Shown: positions 48,443 to 57,627 of the stretch, in pieces
How the letters are laid out: the number at the start of each line of letters is the position of its first letter
Numbering within the stretch: the stretch's first letter is position 1
Origin: Gammaproteobacteria bacterium
Lineage (GTDB): Bacteria > Pseudomonadota > Gammaproteobacteria > JACQPQ01
Direction: 5' to 3'
Assembly: GCA_016207405.1 (NCBI GenBank)
Contig: JACQPQ010000020.1
Location: 7,445 to 71,444, forward strand
Length of the DNA: 64,000 nucleotides
Notes under the pieces: model-generated
Database searches by the model: none
The model's input: only the letters and a program-made list of their open reading frames with translations
What the model was told of the DNA's origin: nothing
Position numbers and translations under genes: made by a program

Positions 48443-48688
48443 GTGCTCACGCGCAGTGTAGAAAGAGAACATTTGATCTCACGGTCTCAAGCCAAGCGGA
48501 TTTTAAGAGGCCTTGAGCAGTTTAAAACCATTCGGCTGGATTTTAAAAAAGTAGACATTGTGGGGCAGGGCTTTGTAGATGAAATCTTTAGGGTATTTAT
48601 TCGCCAATATCCTCATATCAAAATAGAATTTTGCAATGCAAACTCCGATGTTCAGTTTATGATTGAAAGAGGGATCCCAAAAAGATAG
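48443..48688 (+). pseudogene. orphan duplicate of the 3' end of the HTH-HATPase-STAS regulator gene
   Basis: The 81-aa ORF is nearly identical to the C-terminal 75 aa of the 46514..47539 protein and lacks the rest of the gene. Confidence 0.55.
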
Positions 48689-48695
48689 TTTGAAG
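48460..48695. repeat. direct repeat copy 2
   Basis: About 235 bp that are ~97% identical to 47311-47545. Confidence 0.85.
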
Positions 48696-48700
48696 TCAAG

Positions 48701-48773
48701 TCAATGGGGTGAGAGTCGTTGATTTTCCCTGTTTTGTCGAGAAGGAAAAAATCAATGACTCTGACCCCATTGA
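48701..48773. other. 17-bp imperfect inverted repeat with a 39-nt loop
   Basis: tcaatggggtgagagtc pairs with gactctgaccccattga with one mismatch. Confidence 0.5.
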
Positions 48774-48820
48774 TTCACCTGACCCCATTGATTCACCCCA
48801 TTGATTCCCATTGATTCGAC
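48763..48820. repeat. iteron-like tandem repeats (core ccattgattc, four copies)
   Basis: gaccccattgattcacct, gaccccattgattcaccc, cattgattcc, cattgattcg, lying ~70 bp upstream of the AAA ATPase gene. Confidence 0.55.
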
Positions 48821-48889
48821 CCAACATTAAACCGGAAATACAATGAAATTCCTTGACGGACGCAGAAAATACATTGTATATTCAGTGTT

Positions 48890-50086
48890 ATGGAATATAT
48901 TCCTCGTCGAACTGAAAAGTTGATCCAGCAGGCCCTACAGCGGGGCAAAAGTGTTCTTTTTTTGGGTGCGCGTCAAACAGGTAAAACCACACTCATTGAA
49001 CAGGTTATTCACCCAGATCTCCACTATTCATTTGCAAAGCTTTCCACCCGCCTGCGTTACGAAAAAACGGCGGAATTGTTTGAAAAAGAGTTAGAAACCG
49101 CCACTGCCAGGGCTGGAAAACCCCCACTCGTTTTTATCGATGAAGTACAAAAAATTCCACGAGTGATGGACATCGCTCAAAATTTGATCGACAACAAAAA
49201 AGCGCAATTTATTCTGACGGGATCGTCGGCACGTAAGTTAAAACACGGCACTGAGATAAACCTACTTCCCGGCCGGGTTGTAGTCATCACTCTCTTCCCA
49301 TTGATGATTGAGGAGTTGCCGCAACCGATGCCAGCTTTAGAGGATCTGTTGCTGTATGGGACTCTACCAGGCATCATGACACAGCCAAGCATTGCAGATA
49401 GGGAAACCGATCTGCAATCTTACGTCTCAACGTACTTGGAAGAAGAAATCCGTGTGGAGGCAGTGGTTCGAAGCATTGGAAGTTTTGCGCGTTTTTTGGA
49501 ATTAGCTGCGGGGGAGGCCGGAAAACAGGTGAATTTTACTAGGCTTTCGCAGGATGTTGGGATCGCAGATACCACCATTGCCAATTACTATCAAATTTTA
49601 GAGGATTGTTTGATAGCCAGTAGAGTGGATCCCATCACAAAATCTAAAACAAAGCGTCGCCTCATTAAATCACCCAAGTACTTGTTTTTTGATTTGGGTG
49701 TGCGTCGTGTTGCAGCTTATGAAGGAGCCCGTTTGCCACACAGGGTATTGGGTGACTTGTTTGAACAGTTTGTGGGGAGCCAATTAATCTATCTTTCGCA
49801 ATTTTTACCACAGTGTCGCATTCGGTATTGGCGTGATGCAGCGGGCAGTGAGGTTGATTTTGTATTAGAAACGCCTGAGCACCTGCTTCCTATAGAGGTA
49901 AAATGGTCCGACAAGCCAACGGAACAAGACGCCAGACACCTTATAAAGTTTTTGGAAGAATATGAAGAAGAGCGAGGCTATATCGTTTGCCGCAGTCCCT
50001 ACCGTTATACGCTTTTGGACCGGGTGGCTGTGATCCCTTGGGCGGAGATAAATAGTGTCGTAGAGCTTCACACGCATCACGATTGA
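48890..50086 (+). CDS. AAA-family ATPase (AAA_14 + DUF4143-type ATP-binding protein)
   Basis: Walker A GARQTGKTT and Walker B VFIDEVQ are present, with the C-terminal DUF4143-like domain typical of this family. Confidence 0.65.
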   Translation: MEYIPRRTEKLIQQALQRGKSVLFLGARQTGKTTLIEQVIHPDLHYSFAKLSTRLRYEKTAELFEKELETATARAGKPPLVFIDEVQKIPRVMDIAQNLIDNKKAQFILTGSSARKLKHGTEINLLPGRVVVITLFPLMIEELPQPMPALEDLLLYGTLPGIMTQPSIADRETDLQSYVSTYLEEEIRVEAVVRSIGSFARFLELAAGEAGKQVNFTRLSQDVGIADTTIANYYQILEDCLIASRVDPITKSKTKRRLIKSPKYLFFDLGVRRVAAYEGARLPHRVLGDLFEQFVGSQLIYLSQFLPQCRIRYWRDAAGSEVDFVLETPEHLLPIEVKWSDKPTEQDARHLIKFLEEYEEERGYIVCRSPYRYTLLDRVAVIPWAEINSVVELHTHHD

Positions 50087-50108
50087 AGGGCACAAATGTG
50101 CTTCTTGC

Positions 50109-51323
50109 TTACCTATAACTTTCAACCACATATTCCGAAAAACTAAAACTACAGGTAAACGCCGGAGAAACGGCATTCAAAATGTGCACGGCGTTCTCTT
50201 TCCGCACGACAACAAAGTCCATTTCTAATGCTTGCTTTTCTTTATCAAACAACTGGGCGCGGATCCCAACCTTATTTGAAGGCAGCAAATCCTCCGCTTT
50301 TAACTGAGGTAAAAGTGCCTGGGCCGCCTGCACAAAATATTTTTTAAAAAATCGAAAAGCCTCTTGATGCGTAAATGCTCGAAATCCTTGTTGATTGCTC
50401 CCATATTGCCTCGCCAAATAATATAGAATTTTAAGACCCTCTAAAAAATCAATGCCTGAAAATCCCCGATAATGCTCGCGCCCGAACGCAGGCACGGCAG
50501 TAGGCCCTAAATAAATCTTATCTTCGACGGTTTTAGTCACATGGACCCCTAAAAAAGGCAACTTTAAATCCGGAACAGGGTAGATCAAACCATTGCAAAC
50601 AATAGGCGCCTTTGACGAAAGTGCCCAATAAATTCCCTTGAAAGGAAGCAGAATATAGCGCATGCCTGCACCCAACTGGTGGGCAATGGTATCAGCATGT
50701 TGCCCCGCGGTATTGTAAAGAAAAGTATATCGAACCTCACTCCCATTGACTCGAAGAAAAGATGCTTCTCCCCTTATCTCTTCCAATGCGGCATTCAAAA
50801 TAATCTTTACGCCTTGTTGCTCCAACTGATGGGAAAGGCATTCTAAAATGGCCTTGGAATCGACCACAGAGGTATGAGGAACATGCAAGGCTCGGCCTGT
50901 GGGGCTTATAACCGCCGGCTCTAAGACTTTAAGTTCTTTGGAATCGATGATGCGTGCGACAACCCCATTCACCTTTGCACGGTGGCACAATTCATCCAGC
51001 TGCCTGTCCTCATCGATTCGCGTAGGAAGAATAACTTTCCCAATTTTTTTGATGGGTAAATGATGGGCCTCACAATACTCTGCCATTTTCCGCGCCCCTT
51101 CCGCACAGAGCTTGGCCTTTAAAGAACCTGCTTTATAATAAATTCCCGAATGCAACACCCCGCTATTCCTTCCACTGGCATGAAGCCCTATTCTCGGCTC
51201 TTTTTCAAGAATACAGAGTCGAATATCAGGGAAACGTTTTTTAAGCGCATGGGCAAGTGTAAGCCCCATAATGCCTGCGCCGACGATAATGGCATCGAAT
51301 GTCTGTTTCATAATTGGATGCAA
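50109..51323 (-). CDS. lhgO: FAD-dependent oxidoreductase, L-2-hydroxyglutarate oxidase (LhgO)-like
   Basis: FAD motif IIVGAGIMGLTLA is present, and it is similar to the LhgO/YgaF family. Confidence 0.65.
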   Translation of the reverse strand: MHPIMKQTFDAIIVGAGIMGLTLAHALKKRFPDIRLCILEKEPRIGLHASGRNSGVLHSGIYYKAGSLKAKLCAEGARKMAEYCEAHHLPIKKIGKVILPTRIDEDRQLDELCHRAKVNGVVARIIDSKELKVLEPAVISPTGRALHVPHTSVVDSKAILECLSHQLEQQGVKIILNAALEEIRGEASFLRVNGSEVRYTFLYNTAGQHADTIAHQLGAGMRYILLPFKGIYWALSSKAPIVCNGLIYPVPDLKLPFLGVHVTKTVEDKIYLGPTAVPAFGREHYRGFSGIDFLEGLKILYYLARQYGSNQQGFRAFTHQEAFRFFKKYFVQAAQALLPQLKAEDLLPSNKVGIRAQLFDKEKQALEMDFVVVRKENAVHILNAVSPAFTCSFSFSEYVVESYR

Positions 51324-51537
51324 AACCTCAAATTATGACTGCGCGCAGTATAGCATTACAGAAGTTCGTTGCGGTGCCTAACCCACTTTTTCAAATCTAA
51401 TGAAATCAAATACTTAACTCAAAAAACCCTCGAAGTCAGGACAATCATTCAGCATCCTGTCACCCCCGAATCGCGCCGTCCGAAAACTCTGTCAAAGTCA
51501 ACCCATTAGACTTCTGCCATAAACCTACCATCCGAAA

Positions 51538-54500
51538 TTACATTGCTCGTAAGATATTCACCCTCGCTGCTTCCCGATTCGAAGCGATTCCTTGTAAAGC
51601 CAAAAAGGCATCTGAGAGGGTTTTTGAGAGATTGTGATCTTGGGTTAAAGCATTTTCTGTCATCGCCTCTGCAATGAGCATCATAAAATATCGGTCAGTT
51701 TCATAGGCCGTTGCAGGATAAAATTGAAATCCGTGCGCGGTGAATTTATTGTTTGCCAGCTCCTTGTCTTGGGACTCTAACCCAAAACTCTTCACAAATA
51801 TCGGCATCAGCTGTTTGTCCCGGTGACGAGTCAGTTTTGCCTTCTCATTTTCAAAAACTGCGATCTTTCCTTCAAATTCATTTGCCATCTCCCACCATAA
51901 AAAATGGTCTCGCCATCCTCCTTCAAATTCAAGCTCACTGTCATAACTATAATCACCCAAAAGATTTTTCTTTAAAGTTGCCGGATATAACCGTTTTCTT
52001 AACATCCGGCACAATTCTAAATACTCTAAATCCTTTAAAACATTAGGCTCTCTTGGGTTGGCTTCCCGTATACCCTGTAAAAAAGGCTTCATATCCTCTT
52101 CTGGAAAACCAGGAAGAATTTCAGGATTCTCTAGGGAAGCGCGCGCCAATGTCAGAACCTGCTCTCTTTGCTCTACCCAATAGCGCACCTCGCGTTCTGT
52201 CCCTTTAGGAACGCGTATATATCGCTCTTTGGCATAGTCTACTAAATGACTCAAAGCTTCCCACTGAGCCATAAAATGCTGAACACTCCAATTTCGTCTT
52301 TCTGGAATTCCCATCTCATTCCAAATTCTTTCTTTGTTTTCAATCCAAGTTTGTATGAAATCAATCGTTTCAGATTTTAATTGAGATAAATGTTTTCTGA
52401 ATTTTTCATAAGGATAGTCATACTCTAAAATTGGACTTCCTTTGACATTCGTATGATGGGGATCGGCATGTGCTGCTATTTTAAAGAGTCTTTTGTCTTG
52501 AAACGGTAAAACAAAATATTCTTGTAATAACTGCATTCTTTCCTCGTGCGTTTCCAAAGGTAAAGAAAGCTTTGTGAGTTGAGTGTTATAAATAGCACTT
52601 TCCGCTTCCTCTTTCTCTCGATATTCTTTTAATACCGCTTGTTTACTATAAGTGTCATGAATAGCAAAAAGTTCCTTAAGAAAAGCACTGACTTTCTCTT
52701 CGTCTTTCCCTTTGACCGCTTCTGTGAGAAGAATGCCTGTCTTCCTGGCTTCATCTATCGATGCTCGGAGTTCTTGTTCTGAAAAATAGTTCACCCCTCC
52801 TTCTATGAGATAAGCTAAGGTAAATTCCGCCGCAAGCGTTAAAACCGCAGCAGGCCAGGTTGTGGGAGTTGTAGAACAGGCTATCTTGACCGGAGTGGTT
52901 GTTGCAGTAATAGCTGTTTTAATCCGCTTGGCTTGAATACACCGAGAAGCCCATTTGCTGGTATGTACTATCCCCTTTGCGCCTGCAAAATAAGTCGCCC
53001 CCCAAAAAAGTTTTTCTAAGTGACCAAGAGTGAGTTGGGAATATAATAAATCAGTGAATATTTCATCAGAAGATAAACCATTCTTCCAATCCTCCATGAT
53101 GCGATGAACTACATCTGAAGCAAACATCCCCGCCATCATGCCCATATATCCATTCGCAATGAATTTCTTTAAAAACGCTATCTGAGAAAGACGAGAAGAC
53201 AGTTGTTCAGCGGTTATCTTGCCGCTCGCCACTTGTGCTTCTAAAACCGGAATAATGTGTTCCGTAAAGAATTTATCCAATCTCTTTTGAGCAACCTGTT
53301 CACTTCCCGCCATCGACAGTGCAAAAGCTATGAATTCTAAATGCTTTTGAAGTGTTAACAGTTCTTCCGCAGAATAAGACACATTCTGAGCAAAAATATT
53401 CAGAGCCTGTTCTGGACTTAATTCACTTTCTACAACTTGTCCTACCCCCTTTAGCCCTGCAATCACAGAAGAAGATAACACCTCCGCTACATAAACCATT
53501 AAAACAGAGGAGGAAAGGTGAGAAAGAGTGGGAGGAATAAGAGGTTTACGTACTGCAGGAAGAGGTGGGGCTACAACCTTTAACTTTTGTGGTGTAGGAT
53601 GTTTTTCTAAAAATTGCTCAATAGCTCTAGCACCACCACTTTCTGCTATTATTCCACCGCGTTCACGTTCCATTTGAGACGGAAATTTTAATTCGACGAC
53701 TTCAGCCCTTATCAGAGCGGCTATTTGAATAGAGCGTATGGCTTTGTATGTAGTCTCTTTGAGTTTGGGTGATCGGGTATGGTGCTCGACTTCGTGAAGT
53801 TCAGGCAGAGCGCTTTTTGCAACCCATCCTAATTTTCCTAGAGCCCTTGCAGCATAACGACGTGTTTCAATGTCTTCACTGTTGTTTTTCAATATCTCCG
53901 TAAGAGAAGAAACCGCGGGAGCCGCTAGTTCTCCTAATTCTCCTAAAGTTTCAATAGCCCTCTCAACAACTGGTCGATTTTGACCTCTTAGCATTTGAAT
54001 GAGAATGGAAAACATATCCTTTAACTGGTTGGATTCTAAATGTGGTTTTAATTGGCTTAGAGCACGGGCGGCAGCCTGAGTCGTTGAAAAATGTTCATCC
54101 TCCTGCATGATGCGCACGAGATCAATTGCGGCAGAAGAAGCAAGAGCTCCTAAGCTTCCCAGGGCCACAGCCGCAGATTGTCGAATGTGAAAATCGTCAT
54201 CTTTTAAAGCATGACGAAGTTCAGCCACTAAAAAAAATACAGCCTTCGGTTCTAGATAATGTCCTAACTCTCCCAATGCTTCTGCTGCACTACTTCGAAG
54301 GAAAGGGGAGGCGTCCGCCTCATTGAGTACAGTTATAAGGGGCTGCACCGCAGAAGCTGCTTCTTTCCCCATCTTTCTTAAAGCTGTAACTGTTGAACCA
54401 CGAAGCAGTTCGCTAGCCCCTATTTCTTTACTCAACACTTGTATCAGTGTTGAAACAGCAGAAACTGCGATTGGGCCTAATTTTTCTAAGGCATGAGTAG

Positions 54501-56751
54501 CCGCCAGACGAGCAAGTTCTGTTCTTTTGTTATCATTTAATACTTCTATAAGCGCACTGACAGCAGGTTCCGCTTGCGCTCCAAGATTGGCTAACGCTTC
54601 AGAAGCCGCTCTCATATATAATATTTCTTCCTCCCAGAGCCCTTGGATAAGATAAGGTAGAATGACGGAGATTTCTGATGAACTCATTTTCCCAATTTCG
54701 CCTAAAGCCGTGTAGACGGAATCACACGCATCAGGATATCGGTAAGATAGCAATATCAATTTCAATGCAGTGTCTTTCTGCCCCAACGTTGCGAGAGTTC
54801 TATACAGGGCAATTTGCTGTTTGGGATTGTTAAGCTTGGGAATAGTAGAGGCGATCTCTTCAATATGTTCCGCAGTACTAAAATTTTGGATGCCTTTCAA
54901 AATAGCGGTTTCGTCGATGTCCCTACTCTCTACCAAATCCTCTCCCAAAAGCAAAGAAAGTAAGGGAGTTACTAATTTTGCGGTATCACTCTTGTCAAGG
55001 TTGAGTTCAAGGAGCGCCTCCAAAGTAATGTCATCAAATTCATTAACTTGTCGTTTGAGTGCATCCATCAGAACCGGAATGCTCTCTGGCAAATTTAGCT
55101 CTATCAATGCTATAAACGCCATTGCTCTCACATCAAGTGCTTCATCTTTCTGAAGGATATCCACAAGAACTTGAAAGGCTTCTGGTGTTGAAAGGGCAAG
55201 CTCTGAAACATGAGCAACAAAATAGGCTCGAACTTCTTCATTCTGGGATGCTTTAAGCCTCAAGAGCGCTTGAACCGCTTCAGGAGATTTCGCCTGAGTC
55301 AAAACCTCAAAGGCCAGAGGCACTCTATCCTCGTCTATTCCTTCCTTAAGAATTCTTAAAAAATAGTTCAAAGGCTTATCATCATAAAGAGCAATATAAA
55401 TATCCTCTATCGAAAAAAAACGAGTGGGTTCTATAGGAAGGTACTTGCCTCCTTCTATTGCCCAACCTGCCAGCAATTGATTTTTTTCTTCCATGCCTGG
55501 CACAAGGACAACCGTTTTTTCTGGAAAATTTTTAAGTGCATAATGAACCATTCCGGTATCGACGCTGATAAACCGTGAGGCACGAGAGAGTATATGCTCA
55601 TAAATAAACGGAAATCGGATGTCTGAGAGATCTAAAATCCGACCGGGAAATTTTTCCATTAAATCCGAAACAACGGAGTCCATAATGGAATAACCCCGTC
55701 CTTGAAATGGCGCAAAAACAAGATTGAGATCATCTTGTTCACTTAACCGTTTCGTTACAATATCTTCAAACAGTGTACTAAAGCTGGTGTTTTGAACTAA
55801 GTGCTCTTGTTGGCTCTCTCCATACAAGTTGATGAGCTCAAAATTCCATTCGGGGTGAGCAAGACCTTTAGAAAAAAGTTTTACGCGTATTTTTTCCAAA
55901 TGAACACGCATGTCTTCTGGAATGGCAAATAGAGTTTGAATTTCTGCATCTCTCGGCAACTCTGTAAAGTCAGGCAAAAACCTGGCAATAAAATCAAAAG
56001 AATTGCCGTTTACTTTTAAACCAAGCGCTTTGGGAGTCCAATTTAACGGCTCTAATTCTGGAGCAAACGTTTCACTGTCCATTATGTCCTGCGGAGCATG
56101 GTTATAGACTTTTACATTGGACGCCTTCAATGCATGCCATTTTATGGCGAGTTCTTTCAGTGCTTCATTCTCAAATGCATTGTCATCCCATCCCTTTCTG
56201 ATAAAAAACCGAACGAGATCGTCGGGTTTTCGATTTTCTAAAAAAGAAAGAGCTTCTTGAATGGGATGGATATAAACTCCTGGAACAGGATTGTGGACCA
56301 TGACTTTGGAGTTTGCGCCAAAGTAATGAATTTCATAATCTGGAAAAGATTTTATAGCACTTGCAATAATCGGGCTCATCAAAACAAGGTTATGACCCAA
56401 CTGGCGGTCCGTCATGATAAGGATTATTTTTTTCCTAGGTTTGCTAGAAGGATAGTTGACTTGGGCTGCCCTCACTTCTACTTGTTTAACAAGTTTCTGA
56501 ATTTCTGGATCTTCATCTGGCTTTTGTAGAGAATGTGCGGCTCTGGGCTCTTGGGGAGGCGTTTCTTGTGGATCATCCGGCCCTGCAATCGAAACATGCG
56601 TGCTGGTTAAAATAATCCCAAGAATGCCAAAAAGCAGTTTGAATGCTAAAGAGTACTTTGGCTTATTCAGTCTATAATGACGCATTATTTGCCCCCATAA
56701 CCGTTTTAAAAAACGGCGAAGTGGATAAATATTACTCAATGCATCAAACAC
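51538..56751 (-). CDS. giant multidomain protein: signal/TM - GT9 (heptosyltransferase-like) fold domain - HEAT/PBS-lyase-type repeat array - ~700-aa uncharacterised C-terminal region
   Basis: 1737 aa. The N-terminal hydrophobic segment follows a positively charged stretch. Residues ~95-470 show GT9-like landmarks (KIILIMTDRQLGHNLVLMSPIIASAIKSFPDYEIHYF ... ISVDTGMVHYAL). More than 10 HEAT-like repeats (E.VR..A..ALG) follow. Confidence 0.6.
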   Translation of the reverse strand: MFDALSNIYPLRRFLKRLWGQIMRHYRLNKPKYSLAFKLLFGILGIILTSTHVSIAGPDDPQETPPQEPRAAHSLQKPDEDPEIQKLVKQVEVRAAQVNYPSSKPRKKIILIMTDRQLGHNLVLMSPIIASAIKSFPDYEIHYFGANSKVMVHNPVPGVYIHPIQEALSFLENRKPDDLVRFFIRKGWDDNAFENEALKELAIKWHALKASNVKVYNHAPQDIMDSETFAPELEPLNWTPKALGLKVNGNSFDFIARFLPDFTELPRDAEIQTLFAIPEDMRVHLEKIRVKLFSKGLAHPEWNFELINLYGESQQEHLVQNTSFSTLFEDIVTKRLSEQDDLNLVFAPFQGRGYSIMDSVVSDLMEKFPGRILDLSDIRFPFIYEHILSRASRFISVDTGMVHYALKNFPEKTVVLVPGMEEKNQLLAGWAIEGGKYLPIEPTRFFSIEDIYIALYDDKPLNYFLRILKEGIDEDRVPLAFEVLTQAKSPEAVQALLRLKASQNEEVRAYFVAHVSELALSTPEAFQVLVDILQKDEALDVRAMAFIALIELNLPESIPVLMDALKRQVNEFDDITLEALLELNLDKSDTAKLVTPLLSLLLGEDLVESRDIDETAILKGIQNFSTAEHIEEIASTIPKLNNPKQQIALYRTLATLGQKDTALKLILLSYRYPDACDSVYTALGEIGKMSSSEISVILPYLIQGLWEEEILYMRAASEALANLGAQAEPAVSALIEVLNDNKRTELARLAATHALEKLGPIAVSAVSTLIQVLSKEIGASELLRGSTVTALRKMGKEAASAVQPLITVLNEADASPFLRSSAAEALGELGHYLEPKAVFFLVAELRHALKDDDFHIRQSAAVALGSLGALASSAAIDLVRIMQEDEHFSTTQAAARALSQLKPHLESNQLKDMFSILIQMLRGQNRPVVERAIETLGELGELAAPAVSSLTEILKNNSEDIETRRYAARALGKLGWVAKSALPELHEVEHHTRSPKLKETTYKAIRSIQIAALIRAEVVELKFPSQMERERGGIIAESGGARAIEQFLEKHPTPQKLKVVAPPLPAVRKPLIPPTLSHLSSSVLMVYVAEVLSSSVIAGLKGVGQVVESELSPEQALNIFAQNVSYSAEELLTLQKHLEFIAFALSMAGSEQVAQKRLDKFFTEHIIPVLEAQVASGKITAEQLSSRLSQIAFLKKFIANGYMGMMAGMFASDVVHRIMEDWKNGLSSDEIFTDLLYSQLTLGHLEKLFWGATYFAGAKGIVHTSKWASRCIQAKRIKTAITATTTPVKIACSTTPTTWPAAVLTLAAEFTLAYLIEGGVNYFSEQELRASIDEARKTGILLTEAVKGKDEEKVSAFLKELFAIHDTYSKQAVLKEYREKEEAESAIYNTQLTKLSLPLETHEERMQLLQEYFVLPFQDKRLFKIAAHADPHHTNVKGSPILEYDYPYEKFRKHLSQLKSETIDFIQTWIENKERIWNEMGIPERRNWSVQHFMAQWEALSHLVDYAKERYIRVPKGTEREVRYWVEQREQVLTLARASLENPEILPGFPEEDMKPFLQGIREANPREPNVLKDLEYLELCRMLRKRLYPATLKKNLLGDYSYDSELEFEGGWRDHFLWWEMANEFEGKIAVFENEKAKLTRHRDKQLMPIFVKSFGLESQDKELANNKFTAHGFQFYPATAYETDRYFMMLIAEAMTENALTQDHNLSKTLSDAFLALQGIASNREAARVNILRAM

Positions 56752-56850
56752 CCTTCATACTTCTAGGGCTTCTAGATACAAAAAATTACAATAGATCCTG
56801 CAGAAACCAAGCCTGCGGAGAAAGTTTCAAGGTTCCCTTGCGTTGAACGC

Positions 56851-57627
56851 TCATCTCGCCTCTTCTATCGCTTTCAAAATCTGTTTAAAAGTCGAAGGAT
56901 TGGCGGCAACAATGTTTCCACTTTCCAAATAATCCTCTTTCCCTTTAAAATCGCTGACAAATCCGCCGGCTTCTTCAACCAATAAGCTTCCTGCTGCAAT
57001 ATCCCAAGGGGCAAGGCCCATTTCCCAATACCCTTCATATCGCCCTGCGGCAACATAAGCACAATCTAAAGAAGCCGTTCCAGCGCGACGAATGTCACTC
57101 ACCTGCAAATAAAGGGATTTAAAAACAGCGAAATATTCATCTAAACGCTCTCTGTGCCTAAAAGGAAACCCCGTAGCCAGCAAAATGCCCTTTGCTCTGC
57201 CCTTCCCACTGACCCGAATTCGGTAAGAATTCAATTTGGCACCACTGCCTCGATTTGCGGTAAAACATTCATGCTTGAGCGGATCGTAAACCACGGCATG
57301 TTCGACCTTCCCTTTCTTTTGGATGGCTATCGAAACTGCAACATGGGGAACCTGGTGAATAAAATTAGTCGTACCATCCAGTGGATCAATAATCCACACC
57401 GGATCGCCTTTTTCATCTCCCCCGCTCTCCTCGGCCAAAATACTGTGAGAAGGATAGGCCTGATGAATAATGTCGATAATGGCCTGTTCTGCTTTCTTGT
57501 CTATCTCCGTCACAAAATCATGGGCAGCCTTCTCTGAAATCATAAAATCAGAACGGTCAAATGAACGCCGAATAATTTCGCCCGCCTTTTCTGCTGCTCG
57601 AACCGCAATGTTTAATAAAGGATGCAT
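56851..57627 (-). CDS. suhB: inositol monophosphatase SuhB
   Basis: IMPase motifs DPLDGT and WDIAAG are present. Confidence 0.8.
   Translation of the reverse strand: MHPLLNIAVRAAEKAGEIIRRSFDRSDFMISEKAAHDFVTEIDKKAEQAIIDIIHQAYPSHSILAEESGGDEKGDPVWIIDPLDGTTNFIHQVPHVAVSIAIQKKGKVEHAVVYDPLKHECFTANRGSGAKLNSYRIRVSGKGRAKGILLATGFPFRHRERLDEYFAVFKSLYLQVSDIRRAGTASLDCAYVAAGRYEGYWEMGLAPWDIAAGSLLVEEAGGFVSDFKGKEDYLESGNIVAANPSTFKQILKAIEEAR

Noticed and set aside
48763-48820. Possible CRISPR array: short direct repeats (gaccccattgattcac...)
   Set aside because: The repeats are only 10-18 bp, are contiguous with no unique spacers, and number 2-4 copies. No cas genes are nearby. They are better described as iteron-like tandem repeats.
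51538-51640. Dot/Icm-type C-terminal translocation signal in the giant protein
   Set aside because: The last 30 residues lack the Glu-rich E-block and the typical hydrophobic -3/-4 pattern. Secretion route is left open.
52000-56529. Plus-strand ORFs inside the 1737-aa gene (51753..52046, 54770..55153, 56257..56529)
   Set aside because: They lie antisense to a continuous 5.2-kb reading frame, and their composition mirrors the HEAT-repeat codons. They are treated as spurious.
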